64,000 bases of DNA from Phoronis australis (GCA_002633005.1 NMRA01000190.1:310001-374000); one strand, 5' to 3'; positions 13,715 to 25,904 are shown, numbered from the stretch's first letter. Translations and numbers: made by a program. Notes: a model not told the origin generated them from the letters alone.

Positions 13715-16700
13715 AAGATCTCCCCAAGGGACAGCGACGAATGAATAACAGACAATACACGTACAAAATAAAATTAAAATGTTCTCGTTAAGACTCTCAG
13801 CAGACAAAACTCAGCCAACGCCGGATTACAGATATTATTCGAGCGAAGGAGAAGTCAGAGAGAGTCCACAAATCATAATTACATTCAAATGACCAAGGCT
13901 GGCGTGGAAAAGATGATCGACATAACAGACCAATAGGGATATCTCCATGCCAATGTGGCTGTCTCACATTACGTAACAATAGAACTCTCCTTTGTCCCGG
14001 AGATAAGAAAGCGCGTGACCTAGTTTTAGACATCGGGCATATGTTCTGATTGATGTCGGGATAGCGAAGAATTTCAGATCACGCATCCCCGGGTTTTGTC
14101 CAGTTTATCAAACTTTTTCACGTCGGAGTTGCAACCCACAGCACAGCTATTGGAAGGACTAATAGAGTAATGCAACCGAGAAAAACTTGGAAAGAATCAG
14201 ACAACAACAAACAACATGTGAAACTCTAGTGGCACGAAAACGAGACAGCAAATGTGCCTGACGGATGTTAACGACATTGTGGGTAAATACAGCCGAGATT
14301 CGAGTGTCGCTGTGTAATTCGGGACGGCGCTATTATCCTAGCCGAGAAAGTCCCGGGAGCAATCATTCCTTTCTGCTAGTATGTACGCAGACGTCTACAC
14401 GGAGAGTCCACAGTAGAATTACCAATAACTCACTGAACACTAGATATCCCAAGGGCACTCACTAATGAGGTATGGTGATTTCTGTCACCTAACCGGCCGC
14501 AGAACGGTTTAACATGACTGCGTCGACTCACAATTAAGACCAGTATAAGACAGTCCAGATTGTCTAAGGAAATAACACACTTTTCTTAATTTCTTATGTC
14601 GAGTAGATGGGTCAGCAGACCTAGAGAAAGTAACTCCTAAGATCTCCAATCCATCAGCGTTATCCATTACTTTAGTCTACCATTCGAACGCCAAGTTGGC
14701 TAACAAATTGGTTTCCAGTAATTATACATTTGCTTTTTAACAAACCAAAGTTGATTCTCCATTTATTGGCATAGCTGCTCCATATATCAATGATGTTCTG
14801 AAGACCAGTAACAGTAATAGAACAAAGGGTTAAGTCATTTGCATAAGCAAATGAATTAAATGTGTGAGATCCAAATCTGATACCTGAGTCACATCACTAC
14901 AGATCTGACATCAGGTCACGAATGTAAACATTGAACAGCAGGGGAGACAAAATGCTGCCTGTCTGGTTTGTCGAGTGACTCTGAAATAACTATTACAATT
15001 GACAACATTATTCCACCTAATAACCACATCACGATTATTATACCAGTTGCACAGCGCACGCTAAATACATCATTAAAGATATTATCAACTTTGAGGTTAT
15101 AAAACAGTCCTTGATGCCAAACAGAGTCGAAGCATGTTTCTGCGATAACTAGTTTTTAACACCTCTACCCAAAAGGGCACCATGCGTTCCTGTCTAAACA
15201 CTAGACATTGAGTGCTGCATATGCTCTTTGCATACCTACCTGGATGAACCAGGCCGCTGACTGCGTCTGTCCTCCAGTTTCGCGAGGGACAGTCTTCCAG
15301 ATAAATGTCCACGTGTACAGGTTCGATGGCGTCGAATATCGTTATCAGAACGGAGTCGTTGAAGCCGTAACCAAGAGTGTTCGGAGGGTTGATCACGTAT
15401 GTTGGACTAACAAAAGAAGACCGTATTCCACTCAACATTTTTTATGTTTGAATATACCCCTATTGAGACCGGGGTCTAATCTTTGTATTAACTCGACATA
15501 GAAGTCGAATTTTTCTTTTACTTTTTCCCTTTTTAGTACGAACTCAAAACAGGCGTATGCTATTCTGTGCTCGAGAATGGTTTACCATACAAGTGTCTAT
15601 TATCAGTTCGCAGTTACCAAGTCAAGTAAAAACTTAAGTTTTCGAGTTCAGACTAGAGTTCGGTAACTGCAAACTAGGTTTAGATAGATATCAGTATGAT
15701 GAAACGCTTTTGTACGAAAGCCAAAACAAAAATAGTCGGATGCAAACGGGGTTAATCTTGATCTTAAGACGTTTCACCACAAACGTAATTACAGCCTTTA
15801 GAAAACCTGCCTCTGGTGCCTGTTTTAGTTTTTTAGTCACAGTTGAGTTAATCGCCAAAAATTTCATTAGAAATTGACCACTTCTGAGTTGACTGGGCAT
15901 TTTTAAATATTCACTGCTTTTGAGGACTGCGTTTGGTCAAATGAAAAATACCACGTCATTGTTGCCGAGAGTTTTTGAACCCGTTTTTTGTAGTGATGAC
16001 TTTCCTCAAAACCTGACAGCTTGCAATATTTCGGCATGAAATTTGGGTACTCCTCACACACGAGATTTGTTAAAAGGATACCAAGCAGGTTTTTGGCCTA
16101 TTAAGAGGTATTAAAACGACTTTTCCATACAATTCTCTGTCACAAATAATGCCCTGTAATCCCCGACAACTTCAAAATTTGAGCCTGTTAAACGGGCAAA
16201 CTGGCGTATGCTTTTAGCGAGTTACACACAACTTTGGTGAAGGATAAACCACCAAGAACCATAATATCCAATCTGTGACATTGAAAGGAGTATGAGTTTT
16301 TAGTTGATTTCTACCTTAATTTGTAAGATTGACGCCACTGATGCATTAGCAAGTGACAGGATTAGGATTGGTGGAAATCATCAAAACAGGGTTTAGTATC
16401 CCTTTAATGTCTGGAGGGGTTTGGTTGTTGTTTGATTGTCATCACTTGTAACTTGTGGGGTGAAAACTGCATTGTAAGAATATAATCAAACGTTTTTTAC
16501 ATCAATCGTTTCGAAGTAGTTACATCAACCTCTAGTTAGCCTACATGACGTACCCAACTCGTTCAGAAAATATTAATACTGCTTTCGGTTTCAGCTGCGC
16601 AAACGACCAGTCAAGTAGTCAATTGCTGAAACTCTGTGTTACCATTCTTTTATTATCCCAATAGAGATTTTTCTGCAAACTCAATCATTTAAACTTACCT

Positions 16701-16769
16701 TGTTTGTACCTTAAATGCCATGAGCTGCAAACAAGCAATGAAGCAATAGAAAACGTCTTGGGAGTCCAT
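875..16769 (-). CDS. C3: Complement C3-like thioester-protein family gene, 5' part (signal peptide, MG1, MG2, start of MG3); continues beyond the left edge
   Basis: Seven GT-AG exons with consistent phases: 16769-16699 (MDSQDVFYCFIACLQLMAFKVQT), 15406-15240 (PTYVINPPNTLGYGFNDSVLITIFDA...), 12221-12030 (...RNGFVFIQTDKPVYSANQD), 6291-6221 (VRIRLIQVDHVMRP...), 5843-5669 (NPQNVVVER...GNWTITAYYG...EVKEY), 3470-3386 (VVPTFGVKISVPEYIL...IQVEAR), 971-875 (YVYGKNVTGSVLIRLGI...). FIQTDKPxY, EVKEYVxPxFxV and ARYxYGK are hallmark C3/A2M/TEP motifs. C3 rather than another TEP is inferred from MG1 resemblance; the thioester motif lies outside the window. Confidence 0.88.
1748..3280 (+). mobile_element. Helentron/HINE-like non-autonomous element with internal ~140-150 bp tandem repeats, copy 1
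   Basis: Starts AACAAGAACAACGCAGAGC, matching 28838. Diverged units recur with CCACTAGGGGGCAC and CAAATTTC motifs, followed by a GGAC-type short repeat near 3240. Superfamily assignment is inferred from architecture. Confidence 0.6.
3748..5433 (+). mobile_element. Kolobok-type non-autonomous DNA transposon carrying a THAP domain ORF (3912-4232)
   Basis: TTAA at 3744-3747 and 5434-5437; perfect TIR AGGAGAATGCCACCC...GGGTGGCATTCTCCT. The ORF has the C2CH THAP pattern (CGASVPAC...FFRLP...W...RVCGRHF). TTAA TSD, AGG termini and THAP together are typical of Kolobok. Confidence 0.88.
8464..10997. mobile_element. Probable non-autonomous DNA element with subterminal AGACA(G/A)GT repeat arrays in inverted orientation (EnSpm/CACTA-like)
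   Basis: Several ACAGGTTA repeats at 8470-8730 and reverse-complement ACTTGTCTGTTT repeats at 10940-10995. Termini are imperfect. Confidence 0.4.
9153..9564 (+). mobile_element. 5'-truncated non-LTR retrotransposon (I/Ingi-group-like ORF2 C-terminal CCHC knuckle)
   Basis: Encodes RQEQVTIFRLRTGH...CPCGTGPQTHEHLLQSCP, ends in a (GAA)n tail, and is flanked by a 9-bp TSD ATTTGACGA at 9144-9152 and 9565-9573. Confidence 0.88.
11098..11458. mobile_element. MITE with ~70 bp TIRs and an internal ~21-bp minisatellite
   Basis: GTGGCCCAAAAGTAT...AATATTTTAGTTA pairs with TAACTAAAATATT...ATGCTTTTGGGCCAC; internal tandem GAAATTATTTTCACC units. Confidence 0.7.
13599..13713. repeat. Compound microsatellite (ATC)n(ATT)n
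   Basis: Directly visible. May be the tail of a minus-strand retroelement lying to its right. Confidence 0.95.
14590..15040 (-). mobile_element. Degenerate non-LTR retrotransposon reverse transcriptase fragment
   Basis: Minus-strand translation with frameshifts and stops: RQ(G)SILSPLLFNVYIRDL...FNSFAYANDLTLCS...GLQNIID...KWRINFGLLKSKC...LEILGVTF, matching the QG-LSP and YADD regions of LINE RT. Confidence 0.75.
16074..16403. mobile_element. Short TTAA-flanked Kolobok-type MITE in intron 1 of the C3-like gene
   Basis: TTAA-AAGGATACCAAGC... pairs imperfectly with ...GTTTAGTATCCCT-TTAA. Confidence 0.55.
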
Positions 16770-17241
16770 TCTGCCCTCCAGCACACACCGATCTCTTGTC
16801 AGTTCGTCATTTGGTTTGTGTCAGGTGCTCGACGCTGACCTAGCTGTCAATTCGTGTGCCTGGTACAGTATCAGCCTCGTCCCCAATCCTCTAGATCGCG
16901 CTGATAGGCTTAGCCATTTGAGGCTTGGTTATGGAAAATACCTTATACGCAACGATTGGTCGCTACATTGACGTCATTAATGGAGAAGGCAATTTTTTTC
17001 ATGTCTTTTAGTAAAAATACAGTTCGTTGATTATCCCAGACACATTTTTCAGTTAATAACGGCTCCCCGTAAGTTTATTAATTAGTCGTGCTTACTCCGG
17101 AAGTGACGTTTAGGGGGTTAAGAATTTCCCACCATTCTGTTTTCATATAGTCTGACTGCGTGAGCTGTCGAGTCTGTCATTGTTTTACCTCGGTTGTGAT
17201 AAGTTCGGTCGTCGTGTGTGTTTGTTTACGAGTCAGTCAAC

Positions 17242-17570
17242 ATGCCGCACAGTTGTTGCGTACCGGCCAGGTGTACTCATTATCGTCTCACGCACACTTT
17301 GGTAATGCCATTTCACCACTTTCCGAAAGATGACACGCACCACCGTACTTGGCTCGTTCGTGTGAAGAACGCCCTGTTACCCTCCAAGCTACGTAAAAAG
17401 CAGTGAAGAATTACCGAGTATGAGGCAAGCATTTTTACCTTCGGATTACGAATCAGAGTGTGCACTGAGAATTGATGAAGGTTCTTGAAGAACAATGCCT
17501 GTGGAAGCCGTGGTGCCGTACTGTCGCTGTTGATTCCCGACAGTGCCCCGTTGCCGCCCCCCGAGAAGTG
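17242..17570 (+). pseudogene. THAP zinc-finger domain (transposase N-terminus), disrupted
   Basis: MPHSCCVPARC...FHHFPKD...W...VKN, then a stop; a frameshifted LKNNA...AVLSL segment follows (AVPT-like box). Confidence 0.75.
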
Positions 17571-17783
17571 CATTTTTGAAACGAGTAACTTCGTGAGCTG
17601 TGGCCTCTGTTCTCGGCGCAGCACTGAAATAAGTGTGGGAGCTGTAGGCCCCCATCCCCCTATGGTGCTCCGCCCATGCTACAGTGACTGTAGGCCCTTC
17701 ATCTATACTGTCACCCGTGCCTCCTCGGTGGGCCGAACGTACCCCCAGAGCGTGCAACTCCGGGAACTAGCAATTATTCGCCT

Positions 17784-18810
17784 CATAGGCGGATTTAGGG
17801 GGGGGCAGGGGGCCCGCCCCCCCCCCCTCCCTCTGGCTGCCGCAAAAAATAAAATAAAACAGTAAGAGCGTAGGGAAATGTTGAGTTTATTAATTAACCC
17901 CGGTAATTAAAATTATACGGATGAAAAAAAGATTTAAATGTGTGCAGTTTTAGTGTTGAGGGAGGTGCTCAAATCCAATTTCAAGTGTCAAATTCGGAAC
18001 ACGGAGCATTCGTAACGGAACTATCGCTAAGTATAGGCTCCCCCGCTATATCCCAGGTGACCGGCAGTGGCGCTGTGCACTACGACTCCGTTTCCGTCGT
18101 CTGCTCCACTGTGCAATGAAGAAAATTTACTTCATTTTTTAAAGAAAATGGAACCTGAGTGACGATGAAAAAACAGAAGCTGCTGGTAAGATGTGAATTT
18201 TAATCGAAGCCTTTATTAGTGAATCACTCAGAAACTCGCAATACTCTCTTTGTCAAACCTTATCTTAAGACGATTTCCAAAGCAATCCCGTCATTATTGC
18301 CAACACGAAAAACGGATTTGGTCTTTTGAGCATTTGAAGGCTATTTTAAATACGACAAATTTGTTAAGAATTGATGGCACAAAATATAAAACGTGTAATA
18401 AACATTACAAAAAGAAGTAGGTTTCGCGCGCAAACGCTGTGGACCATAAACAAGTAGGTCTCTTAGTAGGATATTAGTATTAAAATTGTGGTGGTGTTGG
18501 GGTAACGCACGCGCGCTCTATCCGCCAGGTCGTGAGTTCGAGTCTTTGGTACTTGCAGTTTTTCCTGTTTGACACGTTCTCCGTGTTTTTTTGCCTTTTT
18601 TTTCTTGGATAATACTTCAGGAATCAAGGAAAATGCTTGATTTTTAGAGGTGAAAACAGAAAAATTTCCTGGGCGGTAGGGGGGCAAACCCCCCTCCCGA
18701 CCTCCCCCCATTCGGTGCTATGCGCATCTACAATCGTGGTTCAGTTTGCGCAAATGCTTAAAGCCGGACAAAATGTTGGCCCCCCTTGTGATATCCTAGA
18801 TCCGCCACTG
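17784..18810 (-). mobile_element. CAGTGGCGGATC/CCGCCTATG-terminus MITE with 5-bp TSD, long copy
   Basis: CATAGGCGGATTTAGG...CCTAGATCCGCCACTG; TSD CGCCT at 17779-17783 and 18811-18815. Confidence 0.8.
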
Positions 18811-19177
18811 CGCCTAGTGGTGATGTTGTCTCCAGCCCCGCCAGAGCCTGTAAGCAGCCATGCAACGATGTTGAGTAGTGGTAGTGAAGACAGGCCCAGT
18901 TCGATACATAGTCCGGAGGACAGTTCGTCGTCCAACGATCAGGCTGGTGAGTTTATTGTGGACTTAAAGTATTGGAACTACATGTAGAAGACGCAAGGTG
19001 TGTAGCGAGGGAGTCACACGGCGAAATGTAAGCGGCCTTTGGGTGCTCAGGCCACCATCAGTCGGGAACAACATAGCATTCCAGTGAGGTCGGCATAACA
19101 GTGCACACCGTGCATTTACACCAAGAATTCCCACCACGTCTGCCCACCTTCTCTGCCTCATCCCTCTTAAAGGAGAA

Positions 19178-22100
19178 TGTTACGGATGGTTTGCAGGTTA
19201 TTGTGTTCATTTTGTATTTTAAATATGAGGTCTTTTGTTTTGTTTAGCGTTAGTTTTCTGCCTCGCCGCTAGGCACTTTCTAGTTTATTGTTTCACTGGT
19301 TTGCCCGATTTCACTCTGCCCGCATCATTTGAAGCGTCAAGTCGCTTACTGTTGTCGTGTACTAGTGAGTGTTTCCTTTCTTTATCTGTATCATTTGCTT
19401 TGTTTTGTGCGCAGTTATTACATTTTAATTTCTCTTAGTTTGTATATTTGTGTAGATAGTATTGTATTTAATTTGCTGTAATTTTTTGTGTATAATTTGT
19501 TTCCTTGGTCTGTTTTCTGTGTGTCGTTCGTTGGCAACGCCCCCTGTCAGCCATTTTGTTAATTAGGTGTTTCTTGTTCTTTGCAGTCAAGATTCGAACA
19601 AGTTTTGTATGGTATTCAGAAGAATTCAGACTTTATTTTTACTGTGTTCATGTGCTACCTTTGGGCCACGGAACAGAAATAAAGATTACTATACCATAAC
19701 ATTCTTTCGTATTTTCACACAGCAACATGATACAAAACTTGCCTCAATTGTCTAAGCCATGATGGATGACAGATTTGTGACTATTCGCAAGGGCGCTGAT
19801 GGTGATGAAGAACAGTTTCCTGATAGTGTCTCGCAAGTAACCTGTAAGTGTTCTTCAACTTCAAGCGTTTCTAGTGCACTTGTCAAAACCCGGGCCAAAA
19901 AGGCCGCCCTCGAAGCCAAGGGACGCTATATTGAGCCCGAATTGGAACTGCAAGCGAAGTTAACACTAGAGGCTGAGGTTGAAGCCGCTGAAGCGGAAGA
20001 GCAAATCCTTGAATGTCGTGAAAATGTGTCTGAACGAGGTTTCAAAACCCGCTCGGCTTGCTCGACTGAGGATAAAAAAAACGAGTGTACCTAAATGCAA
20101 GACGACTACCCCGCCACAAGCAGCCTCGAGTACCCCGCCACAACCATCGGCCACGTGTACCTCACCTATGAACATTAGAGTACTCCCCAAGCTTAAAATA
20201 GCCAAGTTTGACGGGAACCCGCTTAATTACTGTATGTTCATGAGCCAGTTCAATGTCTTCCACTTTTCAGAAGTGTCAGTTTTAACTTTTCATCTTCAAC
20301 AACACTCAATGAAACGATTTAAAAATCGTCTCATTGAGTGTTGTACGGGTAAAGCTGCTGAGTTAGTACGTCCATGTGCACTGATGCATGACGGCTACGG
20401 GCGTGCTCGTAACTTGCTAAAAACTCGCTTTGGAGACAGTTTTGTTATTGCAAAAAGCTGGTTCTCAAAGATCTGTAGTCAAATCTAACGATTCTGAAGC
20501 GCTGTTAAATTTGACAGATGATATGAGGTCGTGCACAGAGATTTTGAGAGTTCTCAATAGGCTCGATGACGTCAAAACGCAAGAACACCGCATATCAAAG
20601 ATTTACGCGCGTTTGCCCTCAGCTGCAGACACGATGGCGTAAAGAAGCTGTTCGCTCAAAGCAACTGTACGGTGATTATCCGAGTTTTGTTCAGTTCGTT
20701 TTGTTTCTGGAAACGGCCAGTGGTGAGATTTGTGACCCCGTTTTTGGCCAGGCTGGTGCAAAATTTGTGAATGATAAAAGGAGAGTTTCATCGTTCTCTA
20801 CTGAAGCCAAGCCCCCTGTTGTTGGCTATGCAAAGACTCTCACAAGGTTAGTGATTGCCGGAAATTCGTGTCGTTGTCACCAAGTGAAAGAATGAAAGTT
20901 ATCAAAGCCAACAAGTTGTGCTTCAATTGCTTGAACTTTCGTAATCACAGTGCAGCAAAGTGTAGTAAGACTGGATGTCCAGACTGTGGTTTGAAACACT
21001 CAAAACTTTTACATGGTGTGTTTACCCGTTCTGACTCTGTTGTTGACAAACAGTTTAGTGCTGGTGTGAGTGCATGTGCGGCGACTACGGACTTGTCTAA
21101 AATAGTTATGCCTATTATTTCAGTACAGGTTAGCTCAGGTGATAGTTTCCTTAGAACTGGTGTATTGTTAGATCCAGGCAGTAACCAAACATTTTGCTCA
21201 CGATCCCTGGTAGAGAAGCTTAAAGGCGAATGCCACCCGATTTAATTAGTCTTTTTTGACGTCTTAATCGGTCTATATCCACACCGCCTCGCATACGGTC
21301 AACCTTACCTTGCCAAGAGGTGTCGCGTTAACCTGTGAGGAAGGTGAGAAACGACGCTAGCGACGTCAGTGGTTCGTATGCAGAGTGAATGCCGCTATGT
21401 TGCGGTGCATCGTTCCCCCGCTTGTGCGAACTAAGCAGCTGCGAGGACAGCGGGTATATCGTTTTTTTTTTACTTCCTCGAAAGTCCAAAATGCTTAGGA
21501 AATGGCTCATGGTAGCGAAGAATGAAATGTACGCTGTAAATACCAAGTATGAGGCCGTGAAACATCTCCGTGTCTGTGGCCTGCAGACGTCGACAGTGTC
21601 TGACGAATGCCGGCTTACCAAATAACTCCATACTTTTCGTTGTCTGAGCTTGTTCACGGCGCCTCTCTAGTATTTCTTCATCACTGTATTTCTGTTCGAA
21701 TTGATAGCCTGTAAAACTTAAAGATCCACCTGCGAAGTCGGGACTTATGAGCTCTAGCTCGTCCTAAGTCGGGATTGCGAGTTGCCATGTTGACGTTTAT
21801 AAATTACTGAATGAATTATTCTCACCCTAACCAATACTTATATAAAACTGAAACAAAGTCTATCTCATTATATGCAATTTCTAATGCCTTTGGAGTGTTC
21901 TTGAGTGCAAATGATTTGTGAAGCCAGCAATGAATAAATCACTGCGTTACCGGCTTTAGGTGCAATAAAACTAATTGACGGGACACCGAGGCCGTGTGAG
22001 CTCATGTTAATTTAGTGTTTTCTGGCAGAAACTGTTGTGAAACAACTCGATTTCCGTCCCACAGCCAGGTGTTAGGGGAATCTTTATTTCCTTTTACATT

Positions 22101-25100
22101 ACTCAAATAATGTTTGTCAGTGTACAACTTCTGCCCTGACGGTGCTGTTGCCAAAGCGGAACCTGAATTCGCGGCCCCTGACGAGTAAGTAGATTTACAG
22201 TTTTGTGGCTAATTCACCAACATAATCAGGTGCACATTACTTTGGCTCACTAGTATAGTATTTTCTTGACTGGAAGTTTAGTTTCCACTGAACTTTGGCT
22301 GGTTTATGTTCGTGATGTCTGATCAGTTTCCGAGCCACTGGTCGAGATAACAATCCGGCCGGCCGCGACGGGCCTGATCGGGCTCCGAGCCACTGGCGGC
22401 AGGATAACAAGCGTTTTGTGTTTAGAAATCAAAAAATCACAAGTCTAAACAACACAGATCTAGGTTCTCATGTCTGTATCTCACGGAAAATACTTCGAAA
22501 TTATCTCCGAACAGACCCCAAACTCCTGCTAGCTACGGACCTTATTGGCCTGCCGAAGTTTGTAGGCTACGGTGTGTCCAAATACCAATAAATCCGTAAG
22601 AGCGAAATAAAACAACACGCTTTTATAAGACCTCGATGTATTTTTAAGGGTTTTGCATCGAAGTTTGATGATTTATTGGTGTTAAACGATGACTTCAAGC
22701 GATAAGCTGACACCAGTAACCCGTGTTGTGAACTGCTGAACAGACTGCGTGTGAAACCGATGACGTCATTGGATAATTTCAACACCTCCGTCTGCCGTCA
22801 GGTGTCAGGTAACGCAACCGTGCGTGTCGTTATGGAGTAGAACTACTCGATCTAAATTGATACAAATTAGGTTGTTTTTTGGGTGGCATGCTCCTTTAAG
22901 TGTGTAACTGATGATACTGAAAGTTTGAATTTGCAAACTCTGAATGGCTCGTCTACTAAAGTTGTGCATAAGGTTAGATTGCATATTAAGCCTTCAACCT
23001 GTCGTTAACGCAATACCATTGATCTCCCTGATGTGTACGTTTTAGATAATTTTCCAGAGATCCGGAATGATGTCATCCAACAGGGGGAGCTGCGTGCCTT
23101 TGAACACCTTCAAGGAATCAATGTCGGCTTGCATGGTGACCAGATATTATTATTGGTCAGAATTTTTCAGATCTCTTGATCCAGCTGGATGTGAGACGTG
23201 GCAAGAAAATGCAACCGTATGCTATACGCACGGTGTTGGGTTGGACCATCAATGGACCCCTCTCGGAACGTACTGACGAGCTTGCCAACTCCTTTTTTGG
23301 TAAGACGTGTAATGATGATTTGCTACAGACGCAAGTGGAGCGCTTCTGGAAGGTATATGGGACCAGACCATGCATATGTCACGTGATGACCATACGGTAC
23401 TTGATGCGTGGAATGCAACCATTGAGATGGTGAATGGTCACTACCAGTTTGACATACCTTTTACGAAGGTGCCTCCTGAGTTGGTTAATAATAAGATGTT
23501 AGCTGTTAAACGCCTCAATAGTTTGAAGGCCCGTTTTAAGAAAGACTCTGAATTTCATTCCAGATACACCGCGGAGATTGACGACCTTCTGAAGAAGGGC
23601 TTTGCTGAACCAGTTAAGGGTGAGATTGAACCTGATGGACGGACGTGGTACCTCCCTCACCATAATGTTACGAACGTAAAAAAGCCTGAGAAATTCCGCA
23701 TTGTGTTTGATTGCGCTGCACAGTATAAGGGTGAGTGTCTAAACAAGAACGTTCTTCAGGGTCCGGATTTGACAATTACCCTTCTGGGTGTGTTACTGAT
23801 ATTTCGTGAAGATCAAATTGCGATTGCAGGTGATATAGAGTCTATGTTCCACCAGGTTAGAGTGACGCCTGGGGATAGAGATGCTATTCGTTTTTTGTGG
23901 TGGAAAGACGGTGATTATTCCCGCCCTCATGAGATATATAGAATGACTGTTCATTTGTTCGGCGGTGTGTGGAGCCCCTGTGCGGCTAACTTTGCTTTGC
24001 ACTGTGTTGCTTCAGACTTTGGTAGAAACTTCGATCCTGAGGTGGGTAATGTTGTGATGCGCCACTTTTACGTGGATGATTGCTTGAAGTCACTGCCATA
24101 TGTCAATATTGCTTGCCGTACCATACTGGACCTTAGTCAGCTGTTGGCTATGGGTGGATTCCGCATCACCAAATGGATGTCAAACAACAGGGACGTCTTG
24201 GAAACGGTTCCCCAAGCTGATTGTGCCAAGGATGTGCGTGAGTTGTGTCTTGACGATAACTTACCTGTAGATAGGGCGCTAGGTGTGAAATGGAATGCGC
24301 ATGACGATACCTTTGGCATTCGCGTTAAGGAGGTGTGCTTAAAATGTTTGCTTCTGTTTTCGATCCTCTTGGATTTGTTGGGCCTTACGTGCTGTGTGCT
24401 AAACTCATTTTCCAGGACGAAGTGAGGCGCCGTAGGGACTGGTACGACCCCTTGGATCTTAGCAACGTCGCCAAGTGGAATGTGTGGCTGCGAGATTTGA
24501 GTAGTCTGGAGAACTTCAGTGTACCCCGGTGTTTAGTTCCTGCGAACTTTGGTTTGCCTGTTGATGTACAGATCCATACCATTTGTGACGCTTCGCAGGT
24601 GGCGTATGGAGCACTGTCGTATCTGAGGCTGGTGAGTTTCCGAGGGTTTGTTGAAACTAGTTTTTTGATTGCTAAGTGTCGCTTGGCTCCTGTGAAACCC
24701 ATGACGATTCCGAGATTGGAGTTGTGCTCAGCTGTGGTCGCTGTAAAGCTGCTTTCACTTTTGAGAAGGGAGGTGGATTTTAGGATCACCAGTTGTGTTT
24801 TCTGGACCGACAGCTCGGTTGTTCTCATCTATATTAGATGCGAGTCCAAGCCCCTGCATACGTTTGTTGCCAACCGTGTTGCGATTATTCTCAACGAGAG
24901 TCGCCCGTCAGAGTGGAGACACGTCGACAACAAGTCCAATCCAGCTGATCTGATATCACGCGGTATGTCGGCGTCAGAAAATCTGTCCTCTGTCATGTGG
25001 AGGAAAGGGCCTGTGTTTTTCCTGCAAGATTAGTCCCGGTGGCCGAATACAAAATTTACGCCTGCCCAGGACCTGGAGATCTAAGAAGATAAGTCTTTTG

Positions 25101-25904
25101 CTTGCGTCACGAGTAGTGAATGAGATTCCACTGAATTATATGGCAGGTATTCTAGCTGGTTTCGTCTGCGTAAGGCTGTTGCGTGGCTGCGGCGGTTTGT
25201 TCTATGGGTTCGGAATAAACAAACATGTCCAACTGGATTTTTACTGCAAGTGAGGTGAGTTCGGCCGAGACAGCTATCTTAAGAGACGTCCAAGCTCAGC
25301 ATTATGCGCCTGAAATTCAGAGCTTGAAGTCCAGACTGAAAGTTAGAAATTCCAGCCTTATTTGGAGTCTTGAACCCTTCTTAGATTCGTCAGATTGTCT
25401 TTTAAAGGCGTCCGGTTGCTTGGGAAATGCTTGCCTTCCAGATGATTCGAGGCACCCTATTATTGTACCCAGGGACTGCCACGTCGCTTTGTTGATTGTG
25501 AGACATGTTCACCAGTTCGTCACGAAACATTCTGGCCGGGAACACGTTCTGTCATCCATACGGTCTCGTTTCTGGATCCCTAGAGTTAGGGTTTTAATTA
25601 AGCGTCACCTTTGAGGATGTGTTACCTGCAGAAGATCAAAGGGTGGTTTACTGACTCATTGCATGGCCGATTTACCGGTTGATAGGGTGTCTTCAGGTGA
25701 GTCCGCTTTTTCTCACTCTGGTGTGGATTGCTTTGGGCCCTTCCTGGTCAAAAGGGGCCGGGGTAGAGAAAGCGCTATGGTTGTTTATTTACTTGTCTCA
25801 CATCTAGAGGCATTTATATTGAGAAGCTGTATTCGTTAGACACTGACTCATTTATTAATGCCCTCATGAGATTTATTTCCAGGCGAGGTGTCCCCAAGAA
25901 GCTG
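19178..25904 (+). mobile_element. BEL/Pao LTR retrotransposon, degenerate and 3'-truncated
   Basis: Putative 5' LTR TGTTACGG... ending at AACA 19701 or 19727, with AATAAA near 19678. Frameshifted gag-pol from 19759: LPKLKIAKFDGNPLNY (gag), CFNCLNFRNH...C knuckle, LLDPGS protease, WYLPHH/FYVDD RT, CDASQVAYG and TIPRLEL RNase H region, HSGREH...CVTC and GVDCFGPF integrase cut off after ISRRGVP. Confidence 0.95.
21224..22895 (+). mobile_element. Kolobok-type THAP element, second full copy, inserted in the BEL protease
   Basis: TTAA at 21220-21223 and 22896-22899; colinear with 3748-5433. Removal restores ...SRSLVEKLK|CVTDDTESLNLQTLNG. Confidence 0.92.

Noticed and set aside
13503-13807. ORFs with poly-N/poly-D or poly-I/poly-M tracts
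   Set aside because: They are translations of the (ATC)n(ATT)n microsatellite.
23370-25614. Active or domesticated retrotransposon polyprotein
   Set aside because: Multiple frameshifts and stops, a transposon insertion in the protease, a truncated integrase and no 3' LTR.
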